DNA of 64,000 bases, taken from positions 14,198,001-14,262,000 of the forward strand of contig OX597817.1 in the NCBI GenBank assembly GCA_951406725.2, in the 5' to 3' direction. Below, in pieces: positions 53,816 through 64,000 of this stretch. The notes under the pieces were generated by a model. The model was not told the origin of the DNA. It saw only the letters and a program-made list of their open reading frames with translations, and did not search any database. Every line of letters begins with the position of its first letter. The first letter of the stretch is position 1. Made by a program: the position numbers and the translations under genes. The DNA comes from Octopus vulgaris. Its lineage: Eukaryota.

Positions 53816-54664
53816 ATGGATAAGTTAGCCCTTGATATACTACGATTGGAAATAAAACAGGAATGTCACGACTGGAATGCTTTTTTATTGTAAGTCTACT
53901 GACTCAGATCTATTCTTGAGCTAAACAACAGAAATAATCAGTGGGGCAGAATCGACAGAGCGTTGGACAAAAAGATAGTATATACGTCCCGAAAAAGCAA
54001 ACGTGGAGTTTTCTTTCCACCCTCCTGCCCCAAGAGTTGATAAAAAAGAATTGGTAGTAAAATTAATATACTTAGTTGGCTAAATTTACTAAACTCACTT
54101 CCCAACATCAGCAACAAATCAATCATCTCGGTGGCATTTAAAGCCAGGACGTAAGGAGCCGAAAGAAAAACCGCATTTTTTGCCGACGATGAACTGTTCT
54201 GCCAAATCGCCGTCCTAATAACAGGGGAACAACAATGACTGAGTAACTAAACGCCTGTAAAACAACATTCAACTAATGAAGCATATGGTGCTATTCCACT
54301 CGACCATTTCACTTATTTCTGTCTAGTTTCTTACAATAATACCTGATGCGTATTCGAAACGGTTTCCCAGTCGTTCAACCGTATCAACAGCAGCGGGACT
54401 CGATTCGACGGACGGCACTTGATGGGACGTTGATGAGACGGGACGATACGTGACGGCAACAGGGCGGCTGAATGTGTAAAGTAAAGCGTGTGAATATTCT
54501 AATCTCTGGCAGCGAAGGATAACGAGAGTAATTTATCAAGCCTTAACATTTATTGCTTCTAACTTGCGCTGTGCTTAAAGTTTAACGGGCGCAGCTAATC
54601 CAGGCAGTGCCGAGTAACTGTGGAGGAGAAATGATGATAATAGGATTGATTATAAGAATTGTAT

Positions 54665-54839
54665 ACACACACACACACACACACACATATAAACACACAC
54701 ACACAAACACACACACACACACACGCACACGCACACACACAAACACACACACACACAAACACACACACACAAACACACACATACACACACACAAACACGC
54801 ACACGCACACACACAAACACACACACACAAACACACACG

Positions 54840-54875
<36 letters not shown>

Positions 54876-54925
54876 AACGCACACACAAACACACACACAC
54901 GCACACACGCACACACACACAACAC

Positions 54926-54960
<35 letters not shown>

Positions 54961-55301
54961 CACACGCACACACACAAACACACACAAACACGCACACACA
55001 CACAAACACACGCACGCACACACAAACACACGCACACACACACAAACACGCACACACACACACGCACAAACGCACACACACACAAACACACACACACACA
55101 CACACACAAACACACACGCACACACACACATACACACCCACACACAAACACACACAAACACACACACAAACACGCACACGCACACACACAAACACACACA
55201 CACACACACACACGCACGCACACGCACGCAACACACATTTATATACACGCATATACACATACCCACATGTATGTATGTATGTATGTATGTATGTATGTAT
55301 G
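54665..55301. repeat. ~600-bp compound (CA)n with CAAA/CACG variants, then (TATG)n
   Basis: Direct inspection. Confidence 0.95.
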
Positions 55302-55339
55302 TTAGAGGCCCTAATGTTTAAGATAAAATATGGAATAGA

Positions 55340-55370
<31 letters not shown>

Positions 55371-56465
55371 ATATGTGACTTTCTCGGACATCCCGCAAAT
55401 GGTTGGTTGCATACTGAAGTGACTACAGATGGATACTTGACTAAATTAACAAAGGTAACTCGCCATCTATTATGAGATTTTAACTCCTCTTTACTTTATA
55501 CACGCACACACACTTCTACACATACAGGCGTCTATGACATACATGCGTGTACCTGTAAGTATACATATGAGTAAGTTTATCTATACACACGCGCACACAC
55601 ACAGACACACACATACATGCATATATATCTAAACACTTATACATATACGTATGCATGCACGTATGTTTGTTTGTACGTATGCATGCATGTATACGTCCCA
55701 AAACACTTCATACACAATATGCGTACATATGTGTGTATGTATGTTTGTTCATATTATTAACCCTTGCGCTTATAATACAAACAATATTATTACTAATGTT
55801 TGTCAGTAATGAATTAGTTGTATTTAATTGCGTCCCTTACCTTTCAATTCCCCCACACCCCATCTCTTGCGTTGATAATAGAAAAGTGATAATAACGTAG
55901 GAGAAGTTGATTAGATTAACCACTCTCACCGTATTCTTCCTATCTTTGAAACCATTATTAATATTAACACTGGCATAAAGCCACTGGGTTAGGATGGAAT
56001 GCATTCGATTAAACCAACCTTGGTACTTACTTGACTGTTACGTTATTTTATCGATCTTGTTCAGATTTGAATACAGAGCAGAAAGATCGGTAAATAGATA
56101 TTACGAGGTATATTGTCCAATGCTCTGTTGATTCTGCTAATTGTACAGTGTTAGGTGTTGGTAGAGCGTCGGGTATCGTACTGGGCAATATGTAGTTTTG
56201 TCACTTTACGTTCTGATTCTGATTTCAAACACTCCCGGAGTGGATTTTGCATTTCATGTTTATAATCCACATCAGTTGCCTTTGAACATTGTAGCCTTAA
56301 CAGTGGGGAAATCGTTTGAGCGCTTGGAAAGAAAATGACTTGCGGCATTTGCTCCGGCTCTATATGTCCTTAGTTCAAATCCTGCCGAGGTCATCTTTGT
56401 CTTTCATCCGGGAGCCATGAAAATAGGTACTAGTTAAGTATTGAGGTAAATGGTATCAACTTCTA

Positions 56466-56699
56466 GAAGGCGGCGAGCTGGCAGAAACGTTAGCGCGCCA
56501 TGCGAAATGCTTAGCGGTATTTTGTCTGTCGCAACGTTCTGAGTTCAAATTCCGCCGAGGTCGACTTTGCCTTTCATCCCTTTGGGGTCGATAAATTAAG
56601 TACCAGTTACGCACTGGGGTCAATGTAATCGACTTAATACCTATGTCTGTCCTTGTTTGTCCCCTCTGTGTTTAGCCCCTTGTGGGTAATAAAGAAATA
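56466..56699 (+). mobile_element. SINE family B nested in an older family B copy (~56310-56760)
   Basis: 14-bp TSD ggtatcaacttcta (56452-56465, 56700-56713). Confidence 0.88.
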
Positions 56700-56789
56700 G
56701 GTATCAACTTCTACCCTCCCCTCAGAATTACTGGCCTAGTGCTTAAAATCAGAAACCATTGTTGTTGCTGTTGTTGTTGTGAGTTACCA

Positions 56790-57136
56790 TTGGCTGGATT
56801 TTGATCCATCCAACGACACTACTCAGAAGCTGGGATGCATCCTGTTACTTATATGATTCGGGAGTATCAGCCCAGACAGTTTGGCCATGTTGCTTGATTT
56901 TTCGAGCTAGGCCCTGCTTATTGTGATCTCTTCACTGAGTATCCGGCTGGGTTGAGAATTTGTGTTTGTCAACCACATGCCACATGGTCATGGCAGATGA
57001 GGAAGTGTCTCATGGAGATGGGGAATGACTGGGACTCTGCTCAATTGGTCACCAGAAGGCCTCGGAAACATCTCGACAAATGGTGCATGCAGCAATGTAC
57101 TGCAATGGTACGTGCCCCCACATCTGACCTGACCTG
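56790..57136 (+). mobile_element. RTE-clade LINE 3' relic
   Basis: IREYQPRQFGHVA...QPHATW resembles RTE RQLRxFGHVAR..RGRPxxTW; ends in (CCTGA)n. Confidence 0.65.
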
Positions 57137-57312
57137 GTACAGAGCTGCGAGGATAAGAATATAGATGGGTACAAATATTTTAAAGGTTCTTGTAAACTAG
57201 AGAATGAAATGCGTTCGCTGTGCAATAATATATGCATGTATGTATGTATGTATGTATGTATGTATGTATGTATGTATGTATGTACGTATGTATGTATGTA
57301 TGTATGTGTATG

Positions 57313-57866
57313 TCAGGTCACTTTCGAGTGCTACTGGTAACATGTAACCCAGTACTACCTGTTGCATGGTCGGGTCGTCGGCGACTAAACCGACAACCCC
57401 ACCAAGCTCGCTTGGTGAGGAGGGTGTTTATTGGTCACCCTGCGGGATGAAAAACAAAACCCGTCAAAGGGCGGAGGAACTCTTGAGAGTCAACGGCCAT
57501 CCAATAAATGTCTTAAGGCTGTATCATGCGCGGGGACATAGAAATAATCGGACTGAATACCCAATCGCGCGGTTAAACCATTGGGAGTGAAGGACTCCTA
57601 GCCTTTGTTAGGGCATCCTTCTAGGAGAAGGTAACTCAGGTAATTGGGATAACTCCGATATAAAACCTGCGGCTCAGTGGTTACCAATGATGTTGACTTG
57701 TTCTTCTTTTCGGATTATGGCTGCTGTTGCTTAGTGAGTGGGATTGACTCAGTGCACAGCCTTTCCTCACTTTAAAAAAATCTTCTTGCACAGGCATTGC
57801 ATGATAACAACATTGATTAAGCTTCGTGCAATGGCCATACTTGATAACGAGGGGGCAGCCACCACC

Positions 57867-57868
<2 letters not shown>
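57313..57868 (+). mobile_element. Non-autonomous element with RTE 5'-UTR-like sequence in (TATG)n
   Basis: gggcatccttctaggagaaggtaactc resembles the RTE 5'-UTR motif; GC-rich and hairpin-rich; flanked by (TATG)n on both sides. Confidence 0.5.
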
Positions 57869-57899
<31 letters not shown>

Positions 57900-58026
57900 T
57901 GTATGTATGTATGTATGTATGTATGTATGTATGTATGTATGTATCTATCTATCTATCTATCTATGTATGTATCTATGTAATACATACATATACATACATA
58001 TATGTATGTGTGTGTAAAGATATATA

Positions 58027-58767
58027 CGCGGTCTGATCAATAAGTATCCGGACTAATGCTAAAGTAACGAAGCTAAAGCACGCAGAGTGAAGCTGCTTCG
58101 CACAGATTGACCTTGAACTCTGCTGTTTTAACGTTCTTGCTCACTTTTGCTACTTACAGCAATGCTTGGAAGTAACATGTGTAGCGTGTGATCGTCACAT
58201 TGATCATGACAGAAAGTTGAGAAGAGAATCTGCATCAAATTTTGCGAAAAGCCCGGCGATTCCTGCTCAGAAGCCTACGCAAAGTTTTCAAAAAGTTTTC
58301 ATCGTCCTCGATACAATCAAAGAAATCTTGTGCAACTGAAGCCCGAGCGTCTTTCCGGTCAGCCGAAAACAGTTTTGGACAAACTTGGCAGACATGCGTC
58401 TCATACCAAAATCTTAAGTGATAAGGGACTGAACTGAACCGTAACTAATCTGTACATCCTCTGATAACTCACAGATGAACCATTCCTACACTTATGTGCG
58501 GCTCACAGAGTCTTCTCCATACACTTTCTGCAACTTTGCGAAGGCCTCTGAGCAGGTATCGCCATAACTTTTTCTGTTATGGTCAATGTGACGATCACAC
58601 GCTACACACCTTCCTTCCAAGCACTGCTGTAAACAGGAAAAGTGAGCTAGACCGTTAGTGTACTTGCACAGCAGAGGTCAAAGTCAATCTGTGTCAAGCG
58701 GCTTTACTCTGCGTGCTTTAGCTTCGTTACTATGGCAATAGTTCGGATACTTATTGATCATACCTAG
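58027..58767. mobile_element. mariner-derived foldback MITE
   Basis: TIR CGCGGTCTGATCAATAAGTATCCG / CGGATACTTATTGATCATACCTAG with TA flanks; inverted arms extend ~250 bp. Confidence 0.85.
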
Positions 58768-59312
58768 TATTATATATATATTACCATATTCATTAACGTG
58801 TGCCTATGCATGCGTTTGTAAATATATATATACATACATACGTATACACACACACACACAATCACTCACGCTCATATTAATAAATATGGTACGCTACCAT
58901 AAAAATATGGAGTGATCCATCAATTATTTATTACTCATATGTTTTTATATATAACTTCATAAAAGCATATGCATACACACAAGCGCGCGCACACTCTCTC
59001 GCACACACACACATACACATTTCTGAGTTTACTTGTGTGATGCAATTAGGATGTTTAGAATGAAGAATTCAGGAAATCCATTAAAAGATATTGTTTTGTA
59101 AAATGCTTTTTTTTTGTATATTTTTTAGTACTCCATGAATTCTTTATGATAAGCGGCCTAACCAAATAACACAGGTAACCTCGCGATTTATGTATTTGTT
59201 TATGTATATGTATGTGTGTACCGACATACACAAATACGCACATACGCGCACACACACACACCACACACACATACCACACTCACACATGCCACACACACAC
59301 ACACATACACAC

Positions 59313-60420
59313 ACAGGGTGTTAATAGTATTTTAGGGTATATTTGGAAATTTAATAAATCATCTAGCAAAATCCGACTATATTTTGATCGAAATTTGTGT
59401 ACATGTCGTCATAAGTTTATAAGATTATTTTATAAATCGGCCTTCAGCTTTGATGACTGCTTCAATATATCACCAGATTCGTTGACGTACCTACACTAAA
59501 TGGTTGTCATTCATTTTGGACAATGGAGGCCTTCATTGATGCTGTGGTATTGAGAGGATGTCGATTATTCTCCCTTTCAACACAGCTCGAGGCATAGTAG
59601 TCCATGGTATCTAAATCTGGGAAGTTTGGAGGCCACAAATCTGGTGTTACATGGCCGTAAAGATTATCTGACATCTGTTTTTGAATTACGTTGGCTTTAT
59701 GATAAGGTATTGAGTCTCTTTTAATCACATATTGTCTTCCACTATGTAGTTCATCCTTCTAGGGCTAAATAACTGTCTCCATTACTTCAACGTATCCAGC
59801 AGCATTAATTATAACATTATATGGGAAGATGTGAAGTGGTACACCTCACTAAAGACCATCACATTTGCTGGAAACTTAGTGGTCATCAGTTTAGGAACAT
59901 CTGATGGATCTGCACATAACCATTTGTCATTTATGCTGTTAGACATTTGATCTGGGTCGAGGTTTTCCTCATCAGAAAAGAACCAGTGCATACCGTGCTC
60001 GTAAGAGTTTTTAAGCTTGTAATTTGTTAAATAACTGCTAAGCGTAAATCAAATGGTTTACAAACATGAATTGGCCTTTCCTCAGTGCATACGACTTGTA
60101 TCGAATATCTTCGTGCACCAAAGTTCTGATAGTCGGCTCCGAGACCTGAAGTTTTTTGGCGATGCCCGTCACTCATTTTCTGGGTCACTCACTTTCTGGA
60201 ACCTGTCGGATAAAGCGCGCTGTAGTTGAAGAATCATATCGTTTGGAATATTTTCTTTGATACAGTTGAAACCTTCCCGCTTGAGGCTTCCATTTCCATT
60301 CGAGCTTTTGCGTACAAAAGCTCTTGCAACTTTTAGAAATCGATGTGTTCCGTTGATATGGTAAAAATGACTGTATGTCTTCCTTTTCTTGAGATAACAA
60401 TCTGCTATGGTGGACAAGAA
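59313..60420 (-). mobile_element. Tc1/mariner DD37D (maT-like) transposase relic
   Basis: WFFSDE..N..NDKW..TKFPANVMV; D..PYHKA...WPPNFPDLDTMDY; cagggtg terminus. Confidence 0.8.
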
Positions 60421-60459
60421 AGAAATAATTTGTTTAATGAGAGTAATATACTGATGATG

Positions 60460-60843
60460 TGGAGGCGCAATGGCCCAGTGGTTAGAGCAGCGGACTCGCG
60501 GTCATAAGATCGCGGTTTCGATTCCCAGACCGGGCGTTGTGAGTGTTTATTGAGCGAAAACACCTAAAGCTCCACGAGGCTCCGGCAGGGGATGGTGGTG
60601 ATCCCTGCTGTACTCTTTCATCACAACTTTCTCTCACTCTTACTTCCTGTTTCTGTTGTACCTGTACTTCAAGGGGGCCGGCCTTGTCACTCTCTGTGTC
60701 ACGCTGAATATCCCCGAGAACTACGTTAAGGGTACACGTGTCTGTGGAGTGCTCAGCCACTTACACGTTAATTTCACGAGCAGGCTGTTCCGTTGATTCG
60801 GATCAACCGGAACCCTCGTCGTCGTAACCGACGGAGTGCTTCC
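60460..60843 (+). mobile_element. SINE family C
   Basis: 11-bp TSD atactgatgat (60448-60458, 60844-60854). Confidence 0.9.
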
Positions 60844-60879
60844 ATACTGATGATATCCGTTGCACTCTGTATATATATG

Positions 60880-60919
<40 letters not shown>

Positions 60920-61119
60920 TGTGTGTGTCTGTGTGTGGGGGGTGCATATGTGTTTGTGTATGTGTGTACGTTTGTGTGACGTATGTATATATGTATGCAC
61001 ACACATACACATATTCTTTTATTCTTTTGCTTGTTTTAGTCATTTTACTGTGGCCATGATGGAGCACCGCCTTAAAGGGATTTTAGTCGAAGAAGTCTAC
61101 CCTATGACTTATTCGTTGT

Positions 61120-61164
<45 letters not shown>

Positions 61165-61171
<7 letters not shown>

Positions 61172-62290
61172 CAAAAGTATGTATACATTTTTTCAATAAA
61201 ATTATTTATTTTTTTACAGTTACTGTGAATAATGGTAAATAATTTGAGTCAAAAACAAAGAAAGTGGTTTCTAAAGCAGTATCGGAAGACTGAAAATGCC
61301 GAGTAGGTGCGTACAGCATGGAGAGAAGCATTTGGAACTTCTCCACCAATACGACTGATAATTTATCGAATAAGAGATAAACTTGACAAAACGCGTTCAG
61401 TGGTTAATGCACCGAAATCTGGATGTCCTAGGACGTCAATGAGTGAAGAAAATGAGATAAGAGTCACTTTAACATTTGTGAACAGTTCAAAAAAGTCCAC
61501 ACGCCGTACATCTCAGGAGCTATCCATACCGAAAACGTCTTTGCGAAGCTTAACCCATATTTGCCCATAAAAATGAAGTCTTAAAATTTCACTGTATTTA
61601 GATTAAACGTTATGGTAAGCTTTCCCAATCTGGTAGAGGACAGTATGCAACTATTAGCTACGGGTTTCGACTAGCTACTGAACATTTCATATGCTCGGTC
61701 AGATGGTCCAAACAAGTGGGAGCAGGTTTTGCGTTGCAAAAACGCAACCAGGGGTATATATGGGTTAATGCATATATTGAAACTGAAACCGTATCGTCTA
61801 CGACCGGTACATGGTCTTCTGCGACTCATATCATCGATTGCAATTCTGTGAGATGATGCGTGAACAAATCACTAATGGACAATCAGATATTTTTGATAAA
61901 ATCCTCTGGTCAGATGAGGTTTGTTTCAAGTTGTCAGGCCACGTAAACACACACACACACACACACATATACATATATATATATATATATATACGTGCGT
62001 GTGCGCACACACACACACACACACACATACATACATACATACATACATACATACATACATACATACATACATACATACATACATAACTCTGTGTAATGGC
62101 CAGGTGAAAATTCTCATTTGACTGTCACATCTCAACTGTCACGATGTGGGGTGCACTGTCCAGCGAAGGTGTTGTAGGACCAATTTCCTTTGATGGAACT
62201 GTGAATAGTAACAATTATTTAAACATGGTTCGTGACGTAATCGTGGCACAATTTGTAACCAAAGATAATTCTTCTTTGAATGAAACGATA
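61165..62290 (+). mobile_element. Tc1/mariner (rosa/DD41D-like) transposase relic, interrupted by piggyBac MITE and microsatellite
   Basis: SGCPRTS..EN, KSTRRTSQELSIP, ILWSDEVCFKLSGHVN and VWGALS..GVVGP..FDGTVN motifs. Confidence 0.8.
61554..61764. mobile_element. piggyBac-type MITE
   Basis: TTAA TSD (61550-61553, 61765-61768) and CCCATAT.../...ATATGGG ends. Removing it restores the host frame LRSL-MHILKLKPYR. Confidence 0.85.
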
Positions 62291-63397
62291 TCAAATAAAG
62301 CATTGGTATTAACATTGTTGTTATTGGCATTTCATGATCGATTTAGTTGTTGTTAATGCGCATGTCAGCCCGATGATCAAAGCGTTATAGATGTGACTAC
62401 CTTCAGCTTTTATTCTGGTGTAGAGTACTTAAGACTTTCTTATCTAATGTGACATTTTTTAAAGAAATCTGTGTATCATCTTGTGGTGGAATTCGACTGC
62501 TATTTCTAACAAGTCAAGTAACAACTTAAGTTTTCCTTTCAATGCTTTCTCCGGTATGGTAGTCTTTTTAGTACCTCTCAACGTCTCCCCATCTCTCATT
62601 TGTAACAGTGGGGTACTAATACTAATTTATAATTTTGGGATGACCCTTTAGAGCTCTTTCGATGTTTAATAGATATTGCTTGCAGGAGGAGTAAATGAAT
62701 AACCATCTGCATCACTTTGGACTGATGGAGTCTTCTCTCTTTAACACAAAGGATTTTCGATTTTCTGACAGAGAAGTTTGATAAGATCAAGGATACATGC
62801 ACGCATACTCACATATACATTAACACAAGCATGTACACACATACTCAGCATATACACACATACACACATATATATATATATAGACATATACATTCAAACC
62901 CAACGATATCTTTTAAAACTTTTTTATATATAATCTTAAATACCCATCGGCACAGACTTTAATTGGCATGCAACCATTTCTAGAATATTCGTGATAAGCT
63001 CATCGCGTTTTTTAAGGATTGTATCATATATTATACGTTACTATAAATGATGCATACCTTTAAATATGCGTGTGTAAGAGAGAAAGAGAGAGAGAGAGAA
63101 AGAAAATGTGCACATTATTACTGCTTGGAAGACATATTTAATTTCTAATTATGCTTCTTATATTCGTAAACGCACAGCCTGTAAAAATTAATGGGGTAAG
63201 ATAAAAGAAAAAGAAAGCTGTAAGCAACGTAGAAAAGTCTAAACTTCTGACAAGAAGATCTACGATTTGGTTTCCATTTTCTGCTGCCTCTATACAGGCC
63301 TCTTCTGTTGTGCTTTCTCGTGGGAAAAGCATAAGCCACAAAACTTCCTACTGCAGAAAAATATAAAATCTTAAAATAATAGATTATAGCATGGATC

Positions 63398-64000
63398 TAC
63401 GAGGTGGTAGCAAAAAGTTCCCGAACTAGTTCTGTAGCGAACCAAAAGATGACAGCGCATGGTTGCGTGCGCAGAGGGAGCTAGCAGTGACCTTCATGAG
63501 GCAGTGTGCCGAGTGAAATCACCGTGTTTATTTCGCAAGTTGTGAAATGTATGTTTTTGTGATCACGTGTATGCTGTAGTCTGCGATTTCTGTCATGGAC
63601 AGAAAGTTGGAACAGAGAGCCAACGTGATATTTTGCGTTAAACTTGAGAAGTTTGCCACAGCGACATTGAGCAAGCTTCGACAATCTTATGGCGACGAAG
63701 CAATGGGTTGTATGCAATGTTTAGAGTGGTACTGGCGCTTCAAAAACGGAAGAACATCCCTGGAAGACCTGCCACGAGTGCCACTTCCGGATATGTGGAG
63801 AAAATTCGTCAGCTTGTGCATGAGGATAGCCGGAGGAGAATCAACGAGGTTTTGAAGCGTTTGAGGGAGAATAAATGGTGAAAGCGACCGGTTCTGTGGA
63901 GCGCGGAGAATTGAATTCTTTACGACGATAATGCAGACTGTCATCCAGCTCTCCTCACTCGTGAGTTTCTCGCCAAAACCAACATGGTATCGCTTCTGCA
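63398..64000 (+). mobile_element. Internally deleted mariner element (runs off window)
   Basis: TIR-like tacgaggtggtagcaaaaagttcc; HTH EQRANVIFCVKL..YGDEAM..WYWRFKNGRTSLED; later ILYDDNA..H. Confidence 0.85.

Overview
This is AT-rich eukaryotic, repeat-saturated DNA. The microsatellite load and SINE families suggest an octopus or coleoid cephalopod genome (inference). I found no intact host gene or confident exon, and most ORF-track entries are microsatellite read-throughs. The window holds several tRNA-derived SINE families (some with clear TSDs) and a 16-31 kb graveyard of R4/Dong-type (RT + restriction-like endonuclease) retrotransposons sitting in (TAA)n. It also holds a hATm-like transposon split by a Helitron, further Helitron and Helentron elements, Tc1/mariner and piggyBac relics, and a Penelope GIY-YIG fragment. 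Three items stand out. (1) Several short non-coding, (TA)n-embedded Penelope-type units carry type I hammerhead ribozymes, some with variant cores, and one copy is truncated essentially at the predicted cleavage site. (2) A diverged family of apparently ORF1-only (HAL1-like) retroelements with a CCHC knuckle has three members here, one lying inside a Helitron. (3) A GG-ended MITE with 8-bp TSDs carries internal TTAGGG repeats.
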